64,000 nucleotides of DNA from the NCBI GenBank assembly GCA_964016885.1, contig OZ024740.1:114514001-114578000 (forward strand), read 5' to 3'. A model generated the notes under the pieces. That model was not told the origin of the DNA. It made no database searches and saw only the letters and a program-made list of their open reading frames with translations. Numbering within the stretch: position 1 is the first letter of the stretch; every line of letters starts with the position of its first letter. Positions 1 through 11,849 of this stretch are shown piece by piece. The position numbers and the translations under genes were made by a program. The DNA is from Eledone cirrhosa (taxonomy: Eukaryota).

Positions 1-252
1 ATTACATATCCAGTGCTTTTATCGAGAATGACACAGCTAGAGACTTATAGAATACTTAGCTGTGTACAGGAACTGGTTTGAAAGAGCGGTTGCCGGTCCG
101 GCAGAAATTAGAATTTGGATATAAAGCTCTGAAATAGCGATATATATGTGAAGACAAACATAGAATATTCGAAAATATTCTGTATGTTTATAATAAACAT
201 TTCGAAGACCCAATCGCTATAGAATAGAATACGTCACGTATTACAATTTGAG

Positions 253-341
253 ATTCTCGATAAAAGCAAGGGAAGTAACCTACGCGTTTCATTCTTATTA
301 GAAATCATCAGGATTACATATCCAGTGCTTTTATCGAGAAT
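253..341 (-). ncRNA. Type I hammerhead ribozyme (312-bp family)
   Basis: Reverse complement of 1156-1244. Confidence 0.8.
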
Positions 342-564
342 GACACAGCTAGAGACTTATAGAATACTTAGCTGTGTACAGGAACTGGTTTGAAAGAGCG
401 GTTGCCGGTCCGGCAGAAATTAGAATTTGGACATAATGCTCTGAAATAGCGATATATATGTGAAGACAAACATAGAATATTCGAAAATATTCTGTATGTT
501 TATAATAAACATTTCGAAGACCCAATCGCTATAGAATAGAATACGTCACGTATTACAATTTGAG

Positions 565-653
565 ATTCTCGATAAAAGCAAGGGAAGTAACCTACGCGTT
601 TCATTCTTATTAGAAATCATCAGGATTACATATCCAGTGCTTTTATCGAGAAT
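565..653 (-). ncRNA. Type I hammerhead ribozyme (312-bp family)
   Basis: Reverse complement of 1156-1244. Confidence 0.8.
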
Positions 654-876
654 GACACAGCTAGAGACTTATAGAATACTTAGCTGTGTACAGGAACTGG
701 TTTAAAAGAGCGGTTGCCGGTCCGGCAGAAATTAGAATTTGGATATAATGCTCTGAAATAGCGATATATATGTGAAGACAAACATAGAATATTCGAAAAT
801 ATTCTGTATGTTTATAATAAACATTTCGAAGACCCAATCGCTATAGAATAGAATACGTCACGTATTACAATTTGAG

Positions 877-965
877 ATTCTCGATAAAAGCAAGGGAAGT
901 AACCTACGCGTTTCATTCTTATTAGAAATCATCAGGATTACATATCCAGTGCTTTTATCGAGAAT
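877..965 (-). ncRNA. Type I hammerhead ribozyme (312-bp family)
   Basis: Reverse complement of 1156-1244. Confidence 0.8.
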
Positions 966-1155
966 GACACAGCTAGAGACTTATATGTTTATTATAAACA
1001 TACAGAATATTTTCGAATATTCTATGTTTGTCTTCACATATATATCGCTATTTCAGAGCATTATATCCAAATTCTAATTTCTGCCGGACCGGCAACCGCT
1101 CTTTCAAACCAGTTCCTGTACACAGCTAAGTATTCTATAAGTCTCTAGCTGTGTC

Positions 1156-1244
1156 ATTCTCGATAAAAGCACTGGATATGTAATCCTGATGATTTCTAAT
1201 AAGAATGAAACGCGTAGGTTACTTCCCTTGCTTTTATCGAGAAT
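1156..1244 (+). ncRNA. Type I hammerhead ribozyme with palindromic minimal stem III
   Basis: Stem I GTAATC/GGTTAC plus a 16-bp distal helix ATTCTCGATAAAAGCA/TGCTTTTATCGAGAAT; CTGATGA 1186-1192; stem II TTCT-AATA-AGAA; GAAA 1207-1210; ACGCGT palindrome; predicted GUA cleavage after 1216. Confidence 0.85.
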
Positions 1245-1467
1245 CTCAAATTGTAATACGTGACGTATTCTATTCTATAGCGATTGGGTCTTCGAAATGT
1301 TTATTATAAACATACAGAATATTTTCGAATATTCTATGTTTGTCTTCACATATATATCACTATTTCAGAGCATTATATCCAAATTCTAATTTCTGCCGGA
1401 CCGGCAACCGCTCTTTCAAACCAGTTCCTGTACACAGCTAAGTATTCTATAAGTCTCTAGCTGTGTC

Positions 1468-1556
1468 ATTCTCGATAAAAGCACTGGATATGTAATCCTG
1501 ATGATTTCTAATAAGAATGAAACGCGTAGGTTACTTCCCTTGCTTTTATCGAGAAT
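1468..1556 (+). ncRNA. Type I hammerhead ribozyme (312-bp family)
   Basis: Same as 1156-1244, offset +312. Confidence 0.85.
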
Positions 1557-1779
1557 CTCAAATTGTAATACGTGACGTATTCTATTCTATAGCGATTGGG
1601 TCTTCGAAATGTTTATTATAAACATACAGAATATTTTCGAATATTCTATGTTTGTGTTCACATATATATCGCTATTTCAGAGCATTATATCCAAATTCTA
1701 ATTTCTGCCGGACCAGCAACCGCTCTTTCAAACCAGTTCCTGTACACAGCTAAGTATTCTATAAGTCTCTAGCTGTGTC

Positions 1780-1868
1780 ATTCTCGATAAAAGCACTGGA
1801 TATGTAATCCTGATGATTTCTAATAAGAATGAAACGCGTAGGTTACTTCCCTTGCTTTTATCGAGAAT
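1780..1868 (+). ncRNA. Type I hammerhead ribozyme (312-bp family)
   Basis: Same as 1156-1244, offset +624. Confidence 0.85.
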
Positions 1869-1970
1869 CTCAAATTGTAATACGTGACGTATTCTATTCT
1901 ATAGCGATTGGGTCTTCGAAATGTTTATTATAAACATACAGAATATTTTCGAATATTCTATGTTTGTCTT

Positions 1971-2015
<45 letters not shown>

Positions 2016-2108
2016 TAACAGAATAACTATGAAGCTTCTTCCCTTCCTTCTACGGTTAGCTCTCCTCTTTGTTGTTATCTTGTCTCACTCGCTTTACGCG
2101 TTTTAATT

Positions 2109-2209
2109 GTCCTAATAACTTAATTTAGTTATTATTGCACCGACGTGAGGTATATGATTTTTAATGCAATGAAATATCTATGATCGTCGGCAAATCACTG
2201 ATGAGGGAC
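2109..2209 (+). ncRNA. Candidate permuted/pseudoknotted hammerhead-like ribozyme with kink-turn (copy 1)
   Basis: AUA site 2152-2154; stem I TGATTT(2155-60)/AAATCA(2192-97); CTGATGA 2198-2204; GAAA 2171-74; stem III GGTAT/ATATC; K-turn TC-TAT-GA-T / T-GA-GG; covariation with 41881-41982. Confidence 0.6.
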
Positions 2210-2627
2210 TTATTTTATTACATGTTATCCATGTGCAACCTGCAGTATTCTTCTCCCCATTTTTTTCACATATATTTACCTAAACTGCGATTCTGTTTTT
2301 TTCTCTCTCTCTCTCTCTCTTACTGCTCCCTCGTTCTCTCTGTTTCTCCTACTTTCTTTCGCCCCCTCTGTCATGTCAGTTAACTCTTCCTCACACTTCC
2401 ACTCACTCACTCACTGTTTCTCCTCTTCTCACTTAACCCCGTTCGTGACGAAAACATTTTCTCTCTTTCTCACATTTGGATTCGTTCCCGAAAGTTCTTT
2501 TTTCTAAGCGCTCATATATTCACCTAGCTTATGCTAACAGAATAACTATGAAGCTTGTTCCCTTCCTTCTACGGTTAGCTCTCCTCTTTGTTGTTATCTT
2601 GTCTCACTCGCTTTACGCGTTTTAATT

Positions 2628-2728
2628 GTCCTAATAACTTAATTTAGTTATTATTGCACCGACGTGAGGTATATGATTTTTAATGCAATGAAATATCTAT
2701 GATCGTCGGCAAATCACTGATGAGGGAC
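2628..2728 (+). ncRNA. Candidate permuted hammerhead-like ribozyme (copy 2)
   Basis: Same motif as 2109-2209. Confidence 0.6.
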
Positions 2729-2812
2729 TTATTTTATTACATGTTATCCATGTGCAACCTGCAGTATTCTTCTCCCCTTTTTTTCACATATATTTACCTA
2801 AACTGCGATTCT

Positions 2813-2884
<72 letters not shown>

Positions 2885-3188
2885 TGCTCCCTCGTTCCCT
2901 CTGTTTCTCCTACTTTCTTTCGCCCCCTCTGTCATGTCAGTTAACTCTTCCTCACACTTCCACTCATTCACTCACTGTTTCTCCTCTTCTCACTTCACCC
3001 CGTTCGTGACGAAAACATTGTCTCTCTTTCTCACATTTGGATTCGTTCCCGAAAGGTCTTTTTTCTAAGCGCTCATATATTCACCTAGCTTATGCTAACA
3101 GAATAACCATGAAGCTTGTTCCCTTCCTTCTACGGTTAGCTCTCCTCTTTGTTGTTATCTTGTCTCACTCGCTTTACGCGTTTTAATT

Positions 3189-3289
3189 GTCCTAATAACT
3201 TAATTTAGTTATTATTGCACCGACGTGAGGTATATGATTTTTAATGCAATGAAATATCTATGATCGTCGGCAAATCACTGATGAGGGAC
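3189..3289 (+). ncRNA. Candidate permuted hammerhead-like ribozyme (copy 3)
   Basis: Same motif as 2109-2209. Confidence 0.6.
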
Positions 3290-3544
3290 TTATTTTATTA
3301 CATGTTATCCATGTGCAACCTGCAGTATTCTTCTCCCCATTTTTTCACATATATATAGGTATATATATGTATGTATATATATAATATCCGTATATGCGAG
3401 CGTATACCTACTCTTGACACAATTCTGAAATACATTTATCTGATTTAATGGACACCTACAGCATTATGATTTATCATGAGATATCAGACATAGGCACACA
3501 CTCATATACACGCACACTCACACACATAAACACACAACACATGT

Positions 3545-3590
<46 letters not shown>

Positions 3591-3675
3591 GAGTGTGTGG
3601 ATAAATTTAATTGTATCGTATGATTTTGGGTCAATGTGTAATATGTATGCACACACACACACACATACACACACG

Positions 3676-3737
<62 letters not shown>

Positions 3738-3857
3738 ACTCACACGGAAACATCCAATCTGTCTACGAAATTCGGCGTCAGATAGACTGCAAGTTATCAT
3801 TTAAAAAGCCTGAGAAAGCAGATTATCAAACGACCTACTGATATGTACTTATGCGCA

Positions 3858-3942
<85 letters not shown>

Positions 3943-3959
3943 GCACAAACACACACTGG

Positions 3960-5300
3960 AATGCCAAGATATAATGTCATATTAGGATAATGAAGTGAAT
4001 GAAGTGAATGAAGCTTTTGACTGAAGTCCTTCGTCAGGAAATGAAATGTGCGGATAGGGAGAAAATGTAACCGGGTTTGTTAGTAGTTAGCTGTGAGTGA
4101 GAGCGTGTGTAACGTTTGTGGAGCAGCGGAGAGCGAATGTAGATTGTTAGTATTATTAGCCATTGAGGCGGTGGTTTGGCAGTATCGGTAGAGGGTTGGA
4201 CGCCATGCTTTGAAGCATAGAGTTACGGCCCTTTATGATCTGAGTTCAAATCCTGCTGAGGTTAACTTTGCCTTTCATCCTTACCCGCGTCGATAAATTA
4301 AAGTACCAGTAATGCAATGGGATAATTATTAGCCACTGAGTTGGTTCGAGTGTGTATATGTAAGGGTGGTAGAGCGGAAAGGTGTGGAGACAGACGGGAG
4401 TCAGTAGTGTTAGTTGTGGTTGATTATGGTACGTTAGTTAATCAGTGGCTGGGGTTAAAATTGTATGGGGATCATATGGGCTTAACTGGTAAATTGATTG
4501 TGTTAGTGTGTCTGGGTATGTTGCTGAAGAAGTGAAGCAAGTGTCGCTAAGGGATGATTGACAAGGCTAACGGAAGAGGAGTGGGGAATAATTTAGACCA
4601 TTTTCGGTCCAAGAGTAAAAATAAAAGTGCACGGCTCATGTCTCAGTGTGTACCATGGGCCCCAGAGCGCGCGATAAAGCCACATACAGTGTGGTTGTGG
4701 GTGAAGTGTCCGGTGGAGGGGAAACGTCGAGCATAGAGTACAACGGATCCCGTAGACACGGCTGCAAGAGGTATATCTGAAGGATTCCTGGATTTGGAAG
4801 GATTGGTCGTTGGTTTCACGGATGGTGATTGAGTTAGTGATGCAACTGCAAAAATGACAGCGGGGTCAGGAGCAGGGGAAGGATCCGGGAGCGGAATTCG
4901 AGGGAGGAAGGGAGCTGCGGAAGAGGAGGATCTCGAGGTTGTGTGTGCGCTTAAAAGGAGAGAGGAGAGGGAGGAGGAAGATGGTGGAGATAGAAGGGTC
5001 CGACCGAAGGCGGCGGAGGAGTCGGAGGACCGTCCTCTGAAGAGGCAAGATGTAAGAGGAAATGGGAATCGGTTAGTGGGGGGGGGGGGGGGATAGGGCG
5101 GTGGTGCGGTCAACTCACGGGCGCGGCTGAGAGCAGTGTGGATCAAGCGCGGGAGATAACCTCGCCGAGTGAAGTGCCCAGCCATGTAATGGTCTTGGGC
5201 CTCAAAGTCATGGGTTTATCTTCATAGGTAGTGGTGACAGAGGGATTGGTAATAGGGATGGAGTGTTTCCTGTGGTTGGGGTGGGATGAGCTGATATCTA
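3960..5300 (-). mobile_element. Decayed Penelope-like element 3' part (RT C-terminus, linker, GIY-YIG start, 3' UTR)
   Basis: Minus ORF HFTRRGYLPRLIHTALSRAR resembles a PLE RT thumb; an alternative frame reads CSRPRCHFC..ESFRYTSCSRVYGIRCTLC, like a GIY-YIG start; a degenerate HHR lies near 4005-4040; boundaries approximate. Confidence 0.7.
4165..4322 (+). mobile_element. tRNA-derived SINE with conserved GCCTTTCATCC..GTCGATAAA..AAGTACCAG core
   Basis: B-box-like GAGTTCAAATCC followed by a core shared by more than 10 copies in the window. Confidence 0.8.
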
Positions 5301-5716
5301 GGGGAGGGAGTCAGTAGATTTAAAGAAGGTGGAGATGTTGAGTGAGCGAATGAAGACGTCAATATAAATGATGTCCAAGAAGTGAACGGGGATCGTGAAC
5401 TCAAGTGCGGATGGCACGAGCGGAGGAACAAGGGACACTAGTCGAGCTGTCCTCGAATATGACGGCCTATAGCTCGGTTATGGGATCAATGAATTGTACT
5501 ACGATTTCGGCCTTAACGAAGCCGACGAATAGGATGGCGTAGTTGGAGCCCATTGTTGTACCAATGGCCACCTCGGTTAACTGTTGGTAGAAATCGCCCG
5601 AAAAGGAAAAGCAGTTGAAGGTGAGGACCAGCCCGGCAAGGTGGGTGAGAATGGAAGTGGAGGCTTGAGCGGAGAGGTGAAGGCCGGGGAAGTGTCAGAG
5701 GGAACGTATCTATATA

Positions 5717-5924
<208 letters not shown>

Positions 5925-6399
5925 AGCTGCGTGTGTGGCTGTATGTGTGCGTGTGTGTGTGCGTATGTGTGAATGTATGTACGTATGTATGTATAAAGAA
6001 AATCAACAATCAACAAGGAAATAAACATGGCAGAACAATACAGTACAATAAAGATGTATATTAATTTATGCGTTGACATTGTAGGAAAATAGTCTTATCA
6101 TTTTCGACGTTAGTACATCGTCGGAAGACAGAATAAGAGGCAAAATATGAAATCTAAAAAGTAAACGTATGCTTATTTAGTCAACCACTATAGAAGATTG
6201 GATTTCAGAACAAAATTCGTGTATTGCAGAGTATCAAAAAGGGAGATAAGCAAGGAAGAGGTATGAACATAACTGCGTGATTATATATACACGTATATAT
6301 ATAATTGCATGAATGGAATTGCATGAATATAGTGAAGAGGGAAATTACCTTAAAAGGTAAGAAATAAGTAAATGAATTGTATGTTATAACTTTGCAGAG

Positions 6400-9380
6400 A
6401 TTGAGAGAAAACAGTCGATAAGACGAGAGTACTTCTCAGTAAATACCGTATTTTGGCGCTCTATGTATTTTGGCACTGTTTTACCATCAGTTCTATAACC
6501 TACATTCACGGCATGCTTTCTGTCCTCACCGTCAAACACTGACTAAACTTACTTGCAGATGTTGCTTTGAAGGGATAATTAAATATCCTATGTTTTAAGA
6601 AATGCAATTATATGCGATATTTTTTATTTTTTATGCTAAGTTGTCGGTCCTTAATTTTTCGTGTCAATCAACGCTTGCGAAAGAATATTTGACAGCCCTT
6701 TTTTTTTCTGTGAAAACATACTTTTACTACAAATAATTTTCTTGTTCTCTTCATTTTGCCAAACATGTGTGTTTTTGTTAAGAGTATCATATTCCTGTAA
6801 AATTACCTTCTTTAACAGTAAAGTATCGTTAGATATTTTCCTGCAAATTGCATATTTGTTATAAATTGTGTAATGTACATTCTCTTAATTTCATCAACAT
6901 TCCAAATTTTTATATTTAGCCTGTAAGTGACAACTGGGATTGCAAGCGCATTTATGGCAGTTAGTTTATTTCTCGAGTTAAGCTCAGTTTTCAAGAAAGC
7001 ACGTACTTTCCAGTAGAATTCCCCTTTCATGATTGTATGGGGAATATCTTGGCTTTCATTGATCACTAGATATATGTAGGTTTGTTCATGTTCTAGTTAT
7101 CTAATTATTCACATCTATTTCTGTTGAGATTATGCTTGTTTTGGCCTATTTTTCCAGTCCAAACTCCATCCTTACATCATCTCTGAACAACTTAATTGTC
7201 TTCAACAGTTCTTCCAATTCGTTGTCATTATTAGCATACAGCTTCAGCTCATTCATATTAAACCGCGGATTTATGCTTGGTTTTGCTGTCTATTTTGTAG
7301 CTATATTTAACTTGGATGAGCGCTAAATACAGCGGTGTGAGTGTAATGCAAAATATCAGAGAAGAAAACGAATTACCTTGAAAAATACCACAGTTAATAC
7401 TTATGGTGATGGAACGTGTAGTTCTATCACTGTGTGACAGTGACGGATTTGTATTCCGTATTTCAGGAGGTTTGATATTACTGGAGAAATCTTCAGAACA
7501 TCCAGTTTATGAGTTGGGAACACTATCAAATGATTTCTTAATTTCAATCCAAGCAATACTCAGATGCCTTTAATTTTTATGACATATTTCCAGAATCATA
7601 CGGTTATTGAGATATTGCTCTTTGCAACCGTAAGTCTGACCACGACAACCTTTCTGCTCAAAAGGGAAAATATGATTTCCATCCATAAATCTGTAGGTTT
7701 TCTCAGTCAAGATTGAAGTAAGACGATAATGTTTTGGAATATTTGTTTCTGTCGATTTTGACAAGAGACATGTTACACCTTGTGCAAAGCAATCAGGATT
7801 TTTGTCAGGATTGTGAATTATTTCGTTATAACATTTTACTAACATATCATGGGTTAGAGAAGATAACCAGAAGCGTGGCTCTTTATCAATACCAGGATAT
7901 TCCAATTGTTGGCTTTCTTTAATGCCAATTCCAGTTCTACTAAAGTCATGTATTACCGATTCTACCTTTCTAAATTGTTGTATGTTTCTTCCATGTTTTT
8001 TATCCATTCTACATTCGTATGATAAGAATTTTCTCTACTCCATAATGTTTTCCAGAATTCATAAATTTCATGAATTGTCTGTGTCCTAATTTCCCTATAT
8101 ACCTTTTTGCATCTGACATAAAACAGCTTATTTTGCCTGTAAAACCTATTTCGCTTTTCAAATAGACTTATTCGTTGAGATCTCACCTGTAATTACTGTT
8201 TCAGGGTTTCTTTCATTGATAGAGTATCAGTTTTTAAAGTTACTTCGTATTTCTTATTCACTTTTCTTCCTTTTTCTTGACATATTTTCAAGCACTTATT
8301 TCCTCCAGGATTGATATTTCTCATCCCATCATTTCAATTTCTTTCTGAATATTTATCTTCGAAGTTATTTTGTGAGTGTTAACGAAAAGACGAAAAGGTT
8401 TTCGTCTTTTCGTTAACCCATATTTCCTTTCTATTACCTTTGCTGCTGTATAAATTACCTCATTTAATTCTGATATATCAGGCTCCACCCTCTCAATTAT
8501 TGCTTTAATAATCGGATTTCCATGTTTCAACTTTTGAAAAGACTCTCTTTCACCCATATTAATATTTTTTTTTTTTTAAAGTTCATTGTGAATTTCTTCT
8601 TTTAGGTTCTATCCGATCTTTATGTTTTTGCGCAGAAGAACCCTCAGCCATATTGTTAATCTGTATTACAGCTTAATTCTGCTCTGCTGTGTTTTTGATA
8701 CCCTCAATGTTCCATTAAATCTCTCCTGGTGACAACAATACAGTGTCTTTGTCTTTTCTGTGACATATTCATTTCTATCCATTTCTGATACTGGTTTTCT
8801 GAAATATATTTAAACATTCCTCTTAATTTCATTTACCTCTGCATCTGCCAGTCTCTTGTTTCTTACATTTGCAACTTTGCTTTCGCTCAGATTTGGTCTG
8901 CTTTCATGATTTCTTTCCTTACAGAATTTACTCTGTGTTTTTATTCCGATTGTTTGCTCAATGAATAATAGAATCCGTATATCACTTCTTCATACTCACC
9001 TCGAGTGTATTTGATACGTTAAGATTTTTTTCTTTCCTGTGGTGCTGAACTTGAAAAGTTTGGGTTGAAATTATTCTCGTTCAAGTGACTATTCATGTTC
9101 GTATTTTGAAAATACCTTTTTTAAGCTGCAGACTTTTCGACCATAGGCTGATTCCTCCCTGAGAGACGTGGTCTTTGTTGACACGGGCGACGACCGATCT
9201 CGTATGTGTTTTTGACGGTAGATATTCTTGGGCCTTTTTGTTGTTTTTTATGTGTTATATCCTTCACCATTAAGAGTTAATTTTGTTCAAGATACCACTT
9301 ATAGGACGATTATCAAGCAAGATTAATGAGCTCATCCTGCCTCTGATACACATCTATTCGTCACCAGGTGCCAGGGGGTT
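6400..9380 (-). mobile_element. Decayed R4/Dong-like non-LTR retrotransposon
   Basis: Minus ORF pieces EQKGCRGQTYGCKEQYLNN, KTELNSRNKLTAINALAIPVVTY, FYRQNKLF; many stops and frameshifts; ends approximate. Confidence 0.8.
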
Positions 9381-10028
9381 TATTATATTTAGAGCTGTTC
9401 TGAATGTTTTCTTCGTGTAAAAATGTTGTGGTCAGTAGTGATATTATCACCACCAGCATCGTCATCATCACCATTACTATTTCTGTTGTTGCTACCATAT
9501 ATAATTTGTTGTTAAGATTCCAGCAGTATTCCAGGCTTAGTAAGATCTTTTTGGTACCTCGCTGACTCTTGGCTACCATATTATTTTGATGGTCATAGGG
9601 ATAGAGTGCTACTATCCTCCATAGTATTTCATCAGTCTACCAGAGATGCGTGGTGGTGGTATTGGGGACCGGGTTTGGACCAGAGACTTTCTGATTAAGG
9701 AATTGAAGATACAATAAAAAATCACAGATGATAGAGAGGGAAAGGGAGAAAGTCCAATAGTCCACAAAGAGAAGGTAGTGGGATCAGAGCGGCAAGACGC
9801 ACCATGGAATGGTGGTAGAAAAAATGAATTAAAATGAAATAAAATGAAGTAAAATATAACTGAATATGAAATTGAATTACACATTGCCGTCTGAAATTTC
9901 TGAAGTTAAGTAGTTTCATGCTTATACTCTAGCTTAAAGGTTCTCACCGGGGGAATATGCAGGTATATATACAAATGTATAAATGCATAGCTATATACAT
10001 ACGTAAATGTATGTATATATGTATGTAG

Positions 10029-10178
<150 letters not shown>

Positions 10179-10236
10179 CTACATACATATATATATATAA
10201 ATCTACATACATACATACATATATATAAATATACAT

Positions 10237-10269
<33 letters not shown>

Positions 10270-10270
<1 letters not shown>

Positions 10271-11542
10271 CATCATCATCATCATCATCATCATCATTTT
10301 ACGTCCGCACTTCCCTGCTCGCAAGGGTGGGTCGAGTCTTATTCAGCACAGCATCTGTCCACTCGTCACGGTCCTTCGTCATCTCCACCGTGAGCCTCAA
10401 CGATCTGAGGTCTGTTCTCACCACCTCCGCCCATGTTTTTCGTGGTCTACCTCTACCACGTCTTCCTTCAACTGGCATTTCCTGGCACTTCTTCACCCAT
10501 CGGTCATCCTCCATGCGCATGACATGTCCATACCACCTGAGTCTCCTCTCCCGTACACTACCTTATATCCCTCTCTGACACAGTTTCTCTCTCAACACAT
10601 TCATGCTGGGTCGTTCACGCACATTTACACTGCACATCCAACGGAGCATGCTTGCCTCATTTCTCTCCAGCCGTCGCATATCCTCTGCAGTTGCTGCCCA
10701 TGTCTGACTACCATGCAGCATCACGCTCCTCACACAGGCATCGTACAACCGGCCTTTCGCACGCAGGGAGAAACCCTTCTTCGTCAGCAGAAGAAGCAGC
10801 TCCCTAAACTTCTTCCAACCCGTCCTTATTCTAGATACTATGGCCTCGGAACACCCTCCCCCAATGCAAATCTGATCTCCTAGGTACCGGAAGCTATCCA
10901 CCACTTATACAGCACCCACCTGCATTTGAAAAAATGTGTCTATCAATGCGACTTCTACTGTCTAATTTCCCTGTACATCTACTGCATACATATTTCTCCC
11001 TACCTGTTAGTTTGCCTGCTATCCCGCTACATCTCTTGTGTACCCAGGATCTGCATTGTGTGTATTTTATATAATTTATGCCAGTTCTTTTTCTGCATAT
11101 CGAACATGGCCACTTCCCTTACGGAATCAGAGTTTTTTCTTCTTTTCTACTCATCAACACTTTTGTCTTAGCTCGGTTCACTCTCAGTCCTCTTGCTTCC
11201 AACTGCTGTTTCCATAGCCAGAATTTATTCTCTAGCTCCTCTACTGATTCTGCTATAAGTACCAGATCGTCAGCATAGAGAAGTTGCCATGGACAGCCAG
11301 TCTTAAACTCCTCTGTTATGGCTTGGAGGACTATAATGAACAAGAGCGGGCTGAGGACCGAACCTTGATGTACTCCTACTTGTATCTGGAATTCCTCACT
11401 AAACTCCATTCCTACCCTGACTTTACTGAGAGTACATCTGTACAAAGTGTGCACTGTCCTCACAAGCCATTCATCAACACCTAGCTTCCTTAGAGACCGC
11501 CAGATGACAGATCGGGGTACCCTATCAAAGGCCTTCTCTAGG

Positions 11543-11545
<3 letters not shown>
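10270..11545 (-). mobile_element. 5'-truncated RTE/RTE-X LINE
   Basis: [44 protein letters not shown]; (GAT)n tail at 10270-10297. Confidence 0.9.
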
Positions 11546-11593
<48 letters not shown>

Positions 11594-11710
11594 CATACAT
11601 AAATCTACATACATACATACATATATACATACATACATTTACGTATATATATAGCTATGCATTTATACATTTGTATATATATACATGCATTTATATTTAA
11701 GTGTGTAAGG

Positions 11711-11804
<94 letters not shown>

Positions 11805-11849
11805 ATAATATATATTATGTACACACATACACACATATATATATATATA

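Larger units (their letters stand above)
1..985 (-). repeat. Tandem array of a 312-bp hammerhead-containing unit (non-LTR retrozyme-like), left arm, at least 3.1 units, runs off the window start
   Basis: ATTACATATCCAGTGC recurs at 1, 313, 625 and 937 (period 312) with near-identical units; HHR core is on the minus strand. Confidence 0.93.
986..1970 (+). repeat. Same 312-bp unit in inverted orientation, about 3.1 units, ending in (TA)n
   Basis: From about 986 the sequence is the reverse complement of the left arm with period 312; it ends at the (TA)n starting near 1972. Confidence 0.93.
2011..3350 (+). repeat. Tandem array of a ~519-bp unit (about 2.5 units) between (TA)n tracts
   Basis: TATGCTAACAGAATAAC at 2011, 2530 and 3091; the second period is 561 because of an internal (CT)n expansion. 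Confidence 0.92.

Noticed and set aside
1-1970. CRISPR array or ordinary satellite interpretation
   Set aside because: No unique spacers or cas genes, eukaryotic context, and each unit carries a hammerhead.
2179-2204. Box C/D snoRNA or SAM-I riboswitch interpretation of the K-turn motif
   Set aside because: The K-turn strands are in the opposite order to terminal C/D boxes, no guide region is evident, and SAM-I core nucleotides are absent; the flanking registers fit an HHR core better.
3448-3841. ORFs made of YI/HT/CV/LS dipeptide runs (dozens across the window)
   Set aside because: Stop-free translations of (TA)n, (CA)n, (CT)n and (ATAC)n microsatellites, not genes.
4005-4040. Minus-strand HHR-like CTGACGA..GAC/GTC..AAAAGCTTC
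   Set aside because: G12 is mutated and stem I does not pair; at most a dead PLE ribozyme.
4165-4322. tRNA gene
   Set aside because: Only A/B-box-like remnants of a SINE head; no cloverleaf.
6092-6129. Minus-strand HHR-like GTCTT-CCGACGA..GAAA..AAGAC
   Set aside because: U4 is altered and the cleavage-site register is wrong.
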